Below are positions 1-59,777 of a stretch of DNA of 64,000 nt, piece by piece (positions within the stretch are counted from its first letter, which is position 1; each line of letters begins with the position of its first letter). The DNA is from Octopus vulgaris (Eukaryota), in contig OX597841.1 of NCBI GenBank assembly GCA_951406725.2, positions 1,984,001 to 2,048,000 on the forward strand. The letters run 5' to 3'. Under the pieces are notes generated by a model. That model searched no databases. It was not told the origin of the DNA and worked only from the letters and a program-made list of their open reading frames with translations. Both the position numbers and the translations under genes were made by a program.

Positions 1-186
1 CAGAAATGAGTAAGCCCTGTATTTTAAAGGGCCAGCCTTGTCACGTTCTTTGTCGCACTGAATCTCCTTCAAGAACTATGTTAAGGGTACACGTGTCTGT
101 GGAATACTCAGGCACTTGCACTATAATTGACCTGACCCCTTGTCATAACTGACGGAGAGCCAGGTTGTTGTTGTTGTGATTGTATT

Positions 187-389
187 ACTCTTTTACTTGT
201 TTCAGTCATTTGACTGCGGCCATGCTGGAGCACTGCCTTTAGTCGAGCAACTCGACCCCAGGACTTATTCTTTTTTAAGCCCAGTACTTATTCTATCGGT
301 CTCTTTTGCCGAACCGCTAAGTGACGGGGATGTAAACACACCAGCATCGGTTGTCAAGCAATGCTCGGGGGACAGACACAAACACACCA

Positions 390-442
<53 letters not shown>

Positions 443-608
443 CATATATATGACGGGCTTCTTTCAGTTTCCGCCTACCAAATCCACTCACAAGGCTTTG
501 GTCGGCCCGAGGCTATAGTAGAAGACACTTGCCCAAAGTGCCACGCAGTGGGACTGAACCCGGAACCATGTGGTTGGTAAACAAGCTACTTACCACACAG
601 CCACTCTT
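187..608 (-). mobile_element. SINE family A (tRNA-like head, internal TA/CA microsatellite)
   Basis: Head gcaggagtggctgtgtggtaag...ggttcagtccc (A/B-box-like); multi-copy in window. Confidence 0.8.
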
Positions 609-684
609 GCGTATTATTTATTTCTTTTGATGCATTTCCATTTTAATGAGTTTTTTTTTTTTTTTTTTTCCTTCTTTGTAGCAG

Positions 685-758
685 ATATGGACCTAAGTAA
701 AGCAGAAGGGATGTCCATGGATGGAAGGGACAGTGATGCTGGACGGATGGAGCACTGA
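685..758 (+). CDS. Probable terminal coding exon of a convergent gene (DMDLSKAEGMSMDGRDSDAGRMEH*), product unknown
   Basis: Long poly-T tract plus tagcag acceptor, non-repetitive GC-richer segment ending in TGA. Confidence 0.5.
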
Positions 759-1487
759 AGACACGCCTAGGCGGGCAAACGGATGTGCTATTTATCCACA
801 ACCACCACCACCACCATCTCATCATCACCACCATCATTGACTACACCGCCACCACCATTGTCATCACTACTACCACAACCGCCGCCGCCACCACCACGTC
901 ACGCACTCTACTTTCCCTTTCCCTCCATGGCTCTGGGCTGTTGCTGTCATCTGCCAATGAAGCCCTATTCTCTCTCTCTCCCCTCTCCCCACCCCCCAGA
1001 TACTTACCGTGTTACTCTTCAGAGGCACATTTCTGTTCATCTCCCTTGCCCCCCCCCCCCCCACGTATGTACACACACAGATACATATAGAAAAGCATAT
1101 AAACACATAGATACACATACACATATATACACACACACATATGTATATACATACATAAGCGAGTATAGAAATACACACACACATACGCACACACATACTG
1201 AAATATAGATGCTGGATACCTCTGATTCACCTATCATTTGATGCTGGAGACATTTCTGCCCACCACTATCTAGGACATCACCATTAGCAAACCTCACATC
1301 TGCACCCATAAGAACAGCATCCAGAGTAATAATAATGATAATAATGATATGGAAAGAGGAATATTCACTTAGTCTTTCCTCTTTCTCCCTTTATTTTGTT
1401 TTACCATCTAATGGAAGATAAAGTGTGTGTGTGTATATGTGTGCATGTGTGTGAGGGATGATCAAATAGTATTGGGAGTATAGGCAG

Positions 1488-1905
1488 GTGGCGAGCTGGC
1501 AGAATCGTTAGCACGCCGGGCGAAAATGCTTAGCGATATTTCGTCTGCCGCTACGTTCTGAGTTCAAATTCCGACGAAATCGACTTTGCCTTTCATCCTT
1601 TTCGGGGTCGATAAATTAAGTACCAGTTACGCACTGGGGTCGATCTAATCAACTTAATCCCTTTGTCTGTCCTTGTTTGTCCCCTCTATGTTTAGCCCCT
1701 TGTGGGCAATAAAGAAATAGGTATTTCGTCTGCCGGTAATGTTCTGAGTTCAAATATTGCCGAGGTCGACTTTGCCTTTCATCCTTTCGGGGTCGATAAA
1801 TTAAGTACCAGTTACGCACTGGGGTCGATCTAATCGACTTAATCCCTTTGTCTGTCCTTGTTTGTCCCCTCTATGTTTAGCCCCTTGTGGGCAATAAAGA
1901 AATAA
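1488..1905 (+). mobile_element. SINE family B with tandem duplication of its 3' ~185 bp
   Basis: ggcgagctggcagaatcgttagc head, gagttcaaatt B-box; relatives near 10520-10700, 18700-18885, 27170-27320, 34470-34670, 46200-46520, 49050-49345. Confidence 0.75.
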
Positions 1906-1999
1906 GTATAGGGAGTGATGCTGTAAAAAGAGACCGACAACACATATCAATTTGGCATTTAGTCTTCTTCCAATTTTTCCCCTTTTGAAACCACGCACC

Positions 2000-2450
2000 T
2001 TATTATCCAGCATCGTTTCCATTGATGGAAGCATTCCTGAAATTCCTTTTTTTTTTTTTTTAAGGGGATAAAGAGCATCTGCCTCATCGCATTCCTTTCA
2101 AGTAGAATTTGATTTTTAGAAAGAGGGAAAAGTCGTAAGAGGTGAGATCCGGGGAATACGGTGGTTGTTAGTTAGACCCGGAGAATGTTGTGCTTGGCCC
2201 AAAAACCTGCTGCACAAACTGTGCTGAAAGGGCAGGTGTGTTGTCATGGTGGAATTGTACTGACTGGACATATGCAATTCTATCCGATGACCACACCCTC
2301 TACACACTTTACTGCCAAGCATTGCTATAAACAACAGGAGTGAGTGAGAATGCTCAACATGGCCTGAGGTCAGTCTGTGCCAAGAGGCTTCACCCTCTGT
2401 ACTTCGGCTCTATTACCATAGCAACAGTTCTGATATTTTTTGATCAGGCC

Positions 2451-2486
<36 letters not shown>

Positions 2487-2640
2487 TGTTTTTATGGCAA
2501 GTTATACTTTGAAATAATTTTGCATTAGCATAAAGGATTACTAACAACTTTTCAGTGGAGCACATTATTATTACCTTTCACAAGGAGAAGGTTGATAGTG
2601 ACTTCGAAGTTCTGGCTTGTTCTCTTTCATCAAAATGCAA
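2000..2640 (-). mobile_element. Degenerate mariner (DD34D-type) transposase fragment
   Basis: FHHDNTPA and PPYSPDLTSYDF motifs at about 2120-2275; outer limits approximate. Confidence 0.7.
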
Positions 2641-2691
2641 AGGGGAGCGAGCTGAAAGTTCAAAGTCACTGTCAGTCATGCCTCTCTCTCA

Positions 2692-2770
<79 letters not shown>

Positions 2771-3647
2771 GCACACGCACACACAGATACTCATATATTC
2801 ATATACATTATGTAACTGTATATAGCCACACACACATGTTTGTAAATTCATATAAACATACACACATGCATACATTTGAGTACATATCCATGTGTATTCA
2901 TAGTGTGTGTATAGGCACACAAATGCATTTATAAACATGCATATAAATACATGTATAGGCAAACTTAAACGCTTGTACCTATGTGCATGCCTATATATAT
3001 ATATGTGTCTGTGCATGTGTATGTATGTGTGTGTATGTATATATATATTATATATGTATGTATGTATCTGTGTAGATATATATGTTTATTTGTGTATATT
3101 TTCATATGTAATGTGCCTGTAGCTGTGACCAGATATATAAAATGTGCACACACATACACACATGTATTTTGTACATGTATGTATATGTGTATTTAGATTG
3201 ATATGTGTGGGTGTGTGAATATATATTATATGAACTTGTATATATATTTGTGTGTGTGCATATGTCTAGATTTTTATATGTATGTACACACAGTCACATA
3301 CATACATCTTTTTATACTGATATTCTTCAAGTGTATGTGTGTGTGTATATATACATATAAGCATACGTACACACATGCATGCACGCACACACACCACCTT
3401 CTGCATACAGTTAAATGTGTGTATACATGCATACATACATATTTCCTCATATGCACACATGTGCACACATACCATCACATATGTATATATTGTAGAATTT
3501 GTCCAATTTTCCAAACACTTGTCACAAATTCCTTTCACTCTAACGACTGGAACTGGAACTCTGGATCAATTATAATTCTATCCATCATTAACTTTATTCT
3601 ATTTTTAATTGAAATATCTTCACAATTCCACTCTCCTCACCCCACAC

Positions 3648-3684
<37 letters not shown>

Positions 3685-5367
3685 GTCTATCCTCCACCCC
3701 TTCTCTTTAAAAACAATTGCCCTGCCCAGTCCCCCACTTGCTCTTCTCCCCTCCATATTTTTTCTCTCTGCAAAAAAAACAAAAAAACAAACAAAACAAA
3801 ATAAAATAAAATATTTGTAGACATTTTTGTTTGAATTTTATTGAATTTTGTTTTCTTTTCCTATTTTTATGAGTGTGTGAGAGGTGAGGGAATGGTTGTA
3901 GGGGCTTTGGTTGATCAATCAGTGAGGGTGGATGGGCAAGGTGGGAAGGTTCAGTCTTGCATGTAAAAAGCACCATTCGAGCGTAGCTGATGCCAGTGGC
4001 TCCTGTGCTGGTGGCATGTAAAATGCACCCACTACTCTCTGAGTGGTTAGCATTAGGAAGGACATCCAGTTGTAGAAACCTTACCCAATCAGATTGGAGT
4101 CTGGTACAGCTTCCCAGCCTGCCACTTCTCAGTTAAACCGTCCAACCCATGCTAGCATGGAAAGTGGACGTTAAAAGACGATGATATATTTATATATATA
4201 TATATATATGAGCAAAACAACGTCCCTCCCCGTCCAATGGACGGTGCTGAGTTGTCAAACATTTAAACCAAATTTTCTCAAAACTACTTGTCTGACTGTC
4301 CCATAGGCCTCCCCTTTAGGATGGTGGTGATCCCTGCTGTACTCTTTCACCACAACTTTCTCTCACTCTTACTTCCTGTTTCTGTTGTACCTGTATTTCA
4401 AAGGGCTGGCCTTGTCACTCTCTGTGTCACGCTGAATATCCCCGAGAACTACGTTAAGGGTACAAGTGTCTGTGGAGTGCTCAGCCACTTACACGTTAAT
4501 TTCACGAGCAGGCTGTTCCGTTGATCGGATCAACCGGAACCCTCGTCGTCGTAACCGACTGAGTGCTTCCCAGGCCTCCCCTTTAAGAAACACTGATTTA
4601 ACCTAAATTTGAGACACCAGCAAAAAAAAAAAAATAAAGATAAGACTTTTTTCTATTCCAAGAAAAACGATTTTACAAATACATGTTCCCACGGCTTTAT
4701 TGATCGCATTCTCACTTGGAATCGATTTTTTGTAATTTTTTTTCAAGACTTCTACACGCCCTGATACCGTCGGTATCTACATATCAAATTTGAGTGCAGT
4801 CAGATGGAGGATGCCCGAGATCCTAGAAGACACACACACACACACAGACAGACAGACAACGGATTTAATATATATATACACACACATGGTTCCGGGTTTA
4901 GTCCCACTGCGTGGTATCTTGGGCAAGTGTCTTCTACTATAGCCTCGGGCCGACCAAAGCCTTGTGAGCAGATTTGGTAGACGGAAACTGAAAGAAGCTC
5001 GTCGTATATATATATATATATATATATCTATATATGTGTGTGTGTGTGTCTGTGTTTGTCCCCCCTCACCATCGCTCGACAGCCGATGCTGGTGTGTTTA
5101 GGTCCCCATAACTTAGCGGTTCGGCAAAAAGAGAACGATGCGCAGAATACAGTGGTTTAGAAATTGCCAAGTTTCTAAATGTGATGAGATATTTCGCACA
5201 CAAGATTCTGATGGAATCAGAAACCTATGGCAAAAATGTTTCAACTGTATTAAAGAGAAAAACAAACAAAATATTCTCAATGCTCAGCCATTACAAACGG
5301 CACCACAATTCATTCAGACGGTTCAAAACATTATCAGTGATGATTCTGGAAAATCAAGGGCCGTCAC

Positions 5368-5722
5368 CAGGAGTGGCTGTGTGGTAAGTAGCTTGCTTAC
5401 CAACCACATAGTACCGGGTTCAGTCCCACTGCGTGGCATCTTGGGCAAGTGTCTTCTGCTATAGCCCCGGGCTGACCAATGCCTTGTGAGTGGATTTGGT
5501 AGACGGAAACTGAAAGAAGCCTGTCGTATATATAAATATGTATGTTTGTGTGTCTGTGTTTGTTCCCCTAGCATTGCTTGACAACCGATGCTGGTGTGTT
5601 TACATCCGCGTCACTTAGCCGTTCGGCAAAAAGAGACCGATAGAATAAGTCCTGGGGTCGAGTTGCTCGACTAAAGGCGGTGCTCCAGCATGGCCGCAGT
5701 CAAATGACTGAAACAAGTAAAA
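5368..5722 (+). mobile_element. SINE family A (a partial copy also at 4884-5135)
   Basis: Near-identical to the other family A copies. Confidence 0.8.
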
Positions 5723-5739
5723 TAGTGAGAGTATTGGAG

Positions 5740-6320
5740 TTGACAATCAAGACTGTGATGCATGAGGACATTCTGTACAAGTAGCATCATCATCATCATC
5801 AGCATGTACAGAGGAAATGCCAAACCATGCCTGCAAAGACTCAAGAAAACCGTTTGGTTCATGCCAAGCGGTTAAGAAGGTTAAAAAACCTTGCGAAGAT
5901 GGCACGCTTTGGTTCTCCGCTGATGAGAAGAACTTTGACCAAGATCAGAACTCTAATGGGAAGGAACTGATGATTATATGCAGACCCTTCAGAGTGAGAT
6001 CCACAACAAGTCTCCACCAACTGTAATGGTTTTTAGAAATGGTAACAATGAAGGTCATGTTATGTCACCTTGGGGTTTACAAAGTCTTGGAATTAATACT
6101 AATGTATATGTTAAGGTGACGAAGACAATTATTAAGTCCTGGAGTATGCAGTAGAAGGGCATACTTGCTTCAAAAAGTCTATGACCTTCTCACAAAGTCT
6201 TCATAAAACAGAAATCAATATCAGACAATCTTTACAATCATGTAACACCGAAATTTTGGTCTCCCAAATTGCCAGATTTAAATCTCATGGACTTCTACAA
6301 GCTACGGAATTGTTGGGCTT
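5740..6320 (+). mobile_element. Degenerate maT/DD37D-like transposase fragment
   Basis: FSADEKNFDQDQ and WSPKLPDLNLMDFY motifs. Confidence 0.6.
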
Positions 6321-6859
6321 TGATTAGGAGACTCGACTGGCTTCTGTGCCGGTGGCACATAAAAAGCACCATCCGAACATGGCCGATGCCAGTGCCGCAT
6401 TGGCTGGCTTCCGTGTCGGTGGCACTTTAAAAGCACCAACCGATCATGGCCGATGCCAGTCTCCCCTGGCACCTGTGCAGGTGGCACGTAAAAAGCACCC
6501 ACTACACTCGCGGAGTGGTTGGCGTTAGGAAGGGCATCCAGCTGTAGAAACATTGCCAGATCAGACTGGAGCCTGGTCGAACCGTCCAACCCGTGCTAGC
6601 GCGGAAAACAAGACGTTAAACGATGGTGATGATGATGATGATCAAAATATCTTCACGATGATGGCCACCATTGTCCAGCTGATGTCCAAAATGAATAAGA
6701 ATCATTTAATACAGACACATCAATGATTCTAGACCTACAAAATATTTCAAATACAAACCATCAGCTGTATTATTTCTTACTTTGTTTCGACTTTATAATA
6801 AAAATTAGAATTCATATATTGGACAATGCTTCATGCCAACCAGTCTCTAATATATCATC

Positions 6860-7385
6860 ATTTAGCGTCCGTTGTCCTCGCCTGGCCCCCGTGCCGGTGA
6901 CACGTAAAGCACCATCCGTTTCGTGGCCGTTTGCCAGCTCTGTCTGGCCCCCCTGTTGGTGGCACGTAAAAGCACCATCCGTTCGTGTCCGTTGCCAGCC
7001 TCGCCTGGCCCCGTGCTGGTGACACGTAAAAGCACCATCCGTTCGTGGCCGTTTGCCAGCTCTGTCTGGCCCCGTGTCGGTGGCATGTAAAAGCACCATC
7101 CGTTTGTGTCCGTTGCCAGCCTCGCCTGGCCCCGTGCCGGTGACACGTAAAAGCACCATCCGTTCGTGGCCGTTTGCCAGCTCTGTCTGGCACCTGTGCG
7201 GGTGGCACGTAAAAAGCACCACTACACTCACGGAGTGGTTGGCGTTAGGAAGGGCATCCAGCTGTAGAAACACTGCCAGATCTGACTGGGCCTGATGAAG
7301 CCTTCCAGCTTCACAGACCCCAGTTGAACCGTCCAACCCATGCTAGCATGGAGAACGGATGCTAAATGATGATGATGATGATGTC
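6860..7385 (+). repeat. Retroposon 3' end with (GAT)n tail and internal ~61-bp tandem units (family E)
   Basis: cacgtaaaagcaccatccgttcgtg units x5-6; relatives at 3950-4185, 6330-6640, 8665-9027, 33770-34250. Confidence 0.75.
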
Positions 7386-7677
7386 CATGCTGGCATGGGT
7401 TGGACGGTTTGACCAGGGCTGGGAAGGTGGAAGGTTGCATTAGACTCCTGTTTAATTTGGCATGGTTTTCTACGACTGGATGCCCTTCCTAATGCCAACC
7501 CTTCCGAGAGAGTATATGTGTGTGTATACACACACACACACACACACATACATATGTATGTATTTACGTGTGTGTGTGTGTGTTGTAGCGAAAAGAAGAG
7601 GCTGAAGATGGTGACAAGATACAAGATGAGAAATGAATGAAAGAAATGAAAAGACAAAATGGAGTTTCATTGGAACT

Positions 7678-7710
7678 TTTATTAAAATTTGTTTTTAATC
7701 GTTTTTTATT
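7678..7710 (-). terminator. Candidate polyadenylation signals of the LLTP gene
   Basis: AATAAA on minus strand at 7710-7705 and 7683-7678, then a U-rich tract. Confidence 0.6.
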
Positions 7711-7760
7711 TGGAAAAAATTGATGTTCATCTTCTCGCTTGAGGAAAGTCCAAATTCAGA

Positions 7761-54489
<46,729 letters not shown>

Positions 54490-54490
54490 A

Positions 54491-54523
54491 TTAATCACTA
54501 ATACAGATTAGTCTTCGTCCCAT
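54491..54523 (-). promoter_or_regulatory. Upstream ORF MGRRLICISD* in the putative 5' UTR
   Basis: gctATGg ... gatTAA t ATG; the stop ends 1 nt before the main ATG. Confidence 0.5.
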
Positions 54524-54540
54524 AGCAGCTCCACCGAGTG

Positions 54541-54579
54541 GAATGATACCGTTTGTGAATGGGTCGGCTATATATATAT
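54541..54579 (-). promoter_or_regulatory. Core promoter of the LLTP gene: TATA box plus initiator
   Basis: TATATATATAG about 30 nt upstream of TCATTC (TCAKTY Inr, putative +1 at 54544), 55 nt before the ATG. Confidence 0.6.
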
Positions 54580-55328
54580 CTTTCAGTGTGTGTATGTATG
54601 TATGTATGTATGTATGTATGTATGTATGTATGTATGTATGTATGTATGTATGTATGTACGTATGTATGTATGTATTTATGTATGTATGTATGTATGTATG
54701 TATGTATGTGTATGTGTATGTATGTATGTATGTATGTATGTATGTATGTATGTATGTATGTATATATGTGTGTGTGTCTATACATACATATATATGTATA
54801 TATCTGAATATATACATACATACCTGTAAACATATATACACAAATTATCATCTATATATACACATATATACGTACACATATATATGTATGTATATATATA
54901 TGTGTATATATATTTTATATATACATATATGTATGTATATATATGTACATTCAGCCATATATATATAATATAAATACACACACATTTGCACACATACAAG
55001 CATACATGTATACACACACAAGCAGACATATATCTATGTCAATACACAAACGCACTCACAGACACACAGACACACGCACACATCTGTGTGTAGACCTATC
55101 AGTAACAACACAATTGTAGTCCCAAGTCCATTATTAAGGGGAAAAAAAGATGAAATGGTGCCACACTACGAGATTGGACCTCAGACCGTTCCACAGAAAT
55201 AGATTTTGAAACCACCACCACCACCACGAACACCACCACCACGAACACCACCACCACCTACACCACCACCATCACCACCATCACCACCACACAACTGAAT
55301 TCATGTATGACAGAAAGGGAATTTTAAT

Positions 55329-55498
55329 TTTAGAATTTCAGTTTAGAATTTCTTTAAAATTTCAGTTTAGAATTTCTTTAGAATTTCAGTTTAGAATTTC
55401 TTTAGAATTTCAGTTTAGAATTTCTTTAAAATTTCAGTTTAGAATTTCTTTAGAATTTCAGTTTAGAATTTCTTTAGAATTTCAGTTTAGAATTTCTG
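55329..55498. repeat. 24-bp minisatellite, about 7 copies
   Basis: (tttagaatttcagtttagaatttc)n; translated as repeated LEFQFRIS. Confidence 0.9.
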
Positions 55499-56164
55499 AC
55501 CAGGCTTTCATGGTGAGGAGTGTTGCTAGAAACCCAGCAGGATTAAAAACAAGACCTATTGCAGACTCAACGGCTATCTAGCAATAGCACGGGTACGCAG
55601 AAGTTCCGGGATGGTGTCCGGTGTGCTGAAAGACCACTGGGAGTGGGGCACCCCTCAGCTTCTGTTGAAGCATGTCTCTAGGATAAGGTCACTCTGATAT
55701 AAAACCAGATATGCAGGGAATAGTATTGGACATATTAGGGATCTTTGGTTTGTGATAGAGATCATGGCACTCCCACATTCCCGAGTCTGCGATTCATATT
55801 GGCACCAGACATCTTGCTCCGGCTTGTCTCTGGATAATGTCAATAAAGTGGAGAGGGTTTATGAGGTGTCGTGCAAGCCTTATTGCACCTAAAATTCTGC
55901 CCAGGCATTGATGACCTCTGCTCAATATGTGCTTTTCCCCTATATATATTTATTTTGTTTTTAGTATATATGTATCTTTATTTTCAGTATGTATTTATAT
56001 ATATTGGCCTGCTCGCTTAGCCAGCGGGGTGGCGTCATTTGAAGGCTAAAACAATGCGAAGCGCATTGTGACCAGCGATGTGTAGCAACATCTGATAGCC
56101 TGGTCGATCACGGTGATTTATATATATATATTTATTTTTAGTATATATTTTTTAAAATTATATT

Positions 56165-56890
56165 CAGTAGCCCTGCGGCGCGGCGACGGGAACGTAGTGA
56201 AGCATGCAGACCTGACGGGTTGGAAGCATGTAGTCAGTGACCTGCACATAGGCGGCCCATGCTAGATATAAAGTCATCTCCTTGTCACTCAAGACAGCGG
56301 TAGGATTCGGTTGCTGCATGGATGACTGAGCGGCTCCATTTGGAGAGGGCGATGTTCACCTGGAGGCCGAGGAGGTTCAAGAAAAAGTGAACCAAAAACT
56401 GCCTGTCTTTCTATATCTGGTCAGTTTAGCGCGACTGACAGATGTCCACCCTGCACTCGAAAAACAAAGAGACTTTTATTTATAAAATCTGGATGGAATT
56501 TCAACATTTCATGTTGGAATGTGCGCACTCTGTTGGATAACAAAAGTGATTGTAGGCCAGGAAGACGAACTGCACTCGTGAGCTGAACCGCTATAACATT
56601 GATACAGATGCACTGTCAGAGACTCGTATAGAAGGTGATGGTCAGCTTGAGGAAGCAGGAGGTGGACACACCTTATTTTGGAAGGGGAGACAGAAGGAGG
56701 AGCGCAGAGAGGCTGGTGATGGCTTTGCATTTCGATCTGATATCCTTAAGAAGTTGGTGGAGCTTCCTGTTCCTATAAAGGAATGTCTAATGACTCTACG
56801 ATTGCACCTGAAAGGCGGGCAGTTTGTTGCTCTAATAAGTGCCTATGCACCTACTTTGACTAGCTGTGATGAAGATAAAACTATTTTTTT
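56165..56890 (+). mobile_element. RTE-clade LINE 5' fragment (probable 5' UTR plus degenerate APE endonuclease)
   Basis: CWNVRTLLD, RELNRYNID..ALSETR, FWKG, ISAYAPT with frameshift at about 56500-56890. Confidence 0.8.
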
Positions 56891-56896
56891 ATACCC

Positions 56897-57413
56897 ATAT
56901 ATATATATATAAAACTGTAGTTGTGTGAGTGTCTGTCCCCTTCGATTTAGATTCCTAACTACTCCCACATTTTGCGGTGCAGTTTAACCAAATTCGGGTA
57001 TCTTATAGTCGTGATTCATATCGAGCCCGTCTGGGTATTAGCGCGCGTCTACAATGAGTCTACGATTTTAAAAATAATTTAACATCATTTTTTATTCCAT
57101 TTTAATGCATATTTTTTCGTGTGTCGATGGCGGCGGAGTTGGCGTCCACGCTCACGCTTGCACCTGTGTTGCTCCTCCCCCTTCTTCCCTCCCTCGTGAA
57201 GCTGTGGGGAAGGGAGTGTAAGGAAATCAACGTCGTAAAGCGTTGTGAAGGAGACCAGCGTTCTTTTAGAACAACGACTTCATGGCTTGAAGACACCAAA
57301 ACAGAAATGGCTAAGAAAGCCCGAATTGGCATCTATAAGGGAAGTAACTCTCTAAAAATTCTTATATAGTTATTTCCCTTACAAACCCGAGCAACGCCGG
57401 GCGATACTGCTAG
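56897..57413 (+). mobile_element. Non-autonomous Helitron-like element
   Basis: TATATATAAAA 5' end; subterminal hairpin cccgagcaacgccggg then CTAG|T at 57410-57414. Confidence 0.65.
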
Positions 57414-57509
57414 TATATATATAAATATATATATATGTGTGTGTATGTTTTAGAAAAAACATAAATTCGGAGAAGAGGCACACTCTAAGAAGTAGAGCAG
57501 TCTATATTT

Positions 57510-57860
57510 ATTACTGGTGAAGGCCTAGATCTCTCGCCATTGGTAACGCCGTAGACATGGGGGCCTAGGTTGGGTTCCAGATCAGCCTTGACTGTCATCA
57601 GCCAGGTTTTTCGTTGTCCACCACAGCGCTTTCGCCAACCCTGAAGGGGAGCTGGGGCAATTGCTTCGTAGATGAATTCTCCTGGTCGACGACGGAGGAC
57701 ATGACCCAGGCAACGCAGACGTCTCGTTAGGATGACTTGTCGGAGGAAGGTGATTTTGCACCAAATTGTTGGAGACAAAGTGATGCCATCAGACACAAAG
57801 GATGCGGCGTAGACAGAGGTGATCGAAGGATTCTAGTTGCCTAATATCTTCCACCCTTAA
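57510..57860 (-). mobile_element. RTE-clade LINE C-terminal fragment
   Basis: FDHLCLRRILCV, RRLRCLGHVLRR, GGQRKTW motifs across frameshifts. Confidence 0.75.
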
Positions 57861-57869
57861 TATCTTCCA

Positions 57870-58090
57870 TTTTTATAATTATGAGTATAATTATAATTAG
57901 GGTTCAGCAAAAATTTGCTTCACCACATACCGAAATTTAGAAATAGCAGTTAAAACTAACTATTTCTTGTTTGAGAGATTTTCTCATGGTTGAGAAATAG
58001 TTAGTTTTAACTGCTATTTCTAAATTTCGGTATGTGGTGAAGCAAATTTTTGCTGAACGCTAATTATAATTATACTCATAATTATAAAAA
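57870..58090. repeat. Near-perfect palindrome (about 98-bp arms, 25-nt spacer)
   Basis: Arms reverse-complementary; one mismatch seen. Confidence 0.9.
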
Positions 58091-58097
58091 TTTATGC

Positions 58098-58135
<38 letters not shown>

Positions 58136-58316
58136 CAAATTTCAGGGATGGCTTATTAGCAATTTGAATCTAAAGGCAAATTTGACAGAGGTCACAAAAG
58201 TGACAGAGGATAATGATCAGCACCAGCTATTGCTAGAAACAAGAGTTAATACGGCTCGAAAGCCACAAAAGCACAGTCTTAATGACTAACGAAGGGAGAT
58301 AAGTCACTAACATATA

Positions 58317-58376
58317 TAGTCGGATCGAACGATTTCGGATTTTGATATAGGTCATCGTAATCCTCGTCAACGACTA
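58317..58376 (-). ncRNA. Hammerhead motif (U3-G8), well-formed
   Basis: uagucg UUGACGA ggauu...aaucc GAAA ucg uu cga UC cgacua. Confidence 0.7.
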
Positions 58377-58434
58377 CTAACGCCAAGGGTTAAACTTAAC
58401 TATTTCTGCCAGTCTTTTGTGACCCCACTCTCTT

Positions 58435-58468
<34 letters not shown>

Positions 58469-58672
58469 TATAAGTGTCCCCGTCATTTAGCGGTTCGGCA
58501 AAAGAGACCGATAGAATAAGTACTGGGCTTACAAAAGAATAAGTCCCGGGGTCGAGTTGCTCGATTAAAGGCAGTGCTCCAGCATGGCCGCAGTCAAATG
58601 ACTGAAACAAGTAAAAGAGAAAAAAAAGAGAATAAAAGAGAATAAAAGAGAATAACATCATGCATATATAAG

Positions 58673-58756
<84 letters not shown>

Positions 58757-59241
58757 CATATACATATAAGATCATGCATATATATAAGTATATGTGTAGT
58801 TTTATCATTTCCATTCAGACCAGAAACCTACATTCACGTTGTCCTTATCTGTCAGATACAATGAGATGATTAGGTAAACTATATTTTCTCTCAATGGGAA
58901 TTCCTTATCTCAACGATTGTTTGATCGTTTATCCCCTATTTAGTATCTCCCACCTGCCTTTATCTCATCATCACCTACATTAATTGCCCTTTTTTTACTT
59001 TGTCTGTCAATTATTTTTTTTTTTCCGCCTCCGCATTTTTTTTTTATATATTCAGACAAAAGGTCTTGCTGTTGTTGTTGTTGTTGTTGTTGCTATTGTT
59101 GTCTCTATCATTACAGTCTGAGTTTAAAATTTGTCGAAGTCAACTTAGCCATTTGTACTTTTGGAATCAATAAAAGAAGTTCCAGTTTGAGCAGTTATCC
59201 CTTCCCACCTAAAATTGCTGGCCTTGTACCAAGATTAAAAA

Positions 59242-59242
<1 letters not shown>

Positions 59243-59318
<76 letters not shown>

Positions 59319-59374
59319 CATCATCATCATCATTATTATTATTATTATTATTATTATCATCATCATCATCATCA

Positions 59375-59455
<81 letters not shown>

Positions 59456-59589
59456 TATGTTTGACTTTTGCTTTATGTTTGTACAAGTTGGCTCCAAGTC
59501 TCACCCAGAGACCTCAAGAGACAACAGGTTGGAAGTTCACGTTGTTGTTATGCCTAGTGTGCCATATATTTGGTTTTTTTTTTTTGGTG
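59243..59589 (-). mobile_element. Probable distal 3' UTR and (TAA)n tail of the same R4/Dong-like element
   Basis: Unique 135-nt segment on the same strand ending in (AAT)n; shares junction hexamer GTGTCT with 61238-61243. Confidence 0.55.
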
Positions 59590-59700
59590 TCTGTTTCCCT
59601 GTTTGAAAACCGGGATGACAGACTGGGATAGAAACTGTTTCGGTATATAACCTGCATCTAACGAATTTCTCCAGAGGTTATATATATATAAATAAATAAG

Positions 59701-59777
<77 letters not shown>

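Noticed and set aside
6860-7210. Regular 60-bp repeats resembling a CRISPR array
   Set aside because: No unique spacers, part of a multi-copy retroposon, eukaryotic context, no cas genes
55329-55498. Heat-shock elements in the minisatellite
   Set aside because: Spacing is GAA-n-TTC, not the GAA-nn-TTC of HSEs
56165-57860. RTE 5' and 3' fragments as one twin-primed inversion; HDV-like ribozyme in the 5' UTR
   Set aside because: Convergent orientation does not fit twin priming, no TSD seen, and I could not fold a nested double pseudoknot by eye
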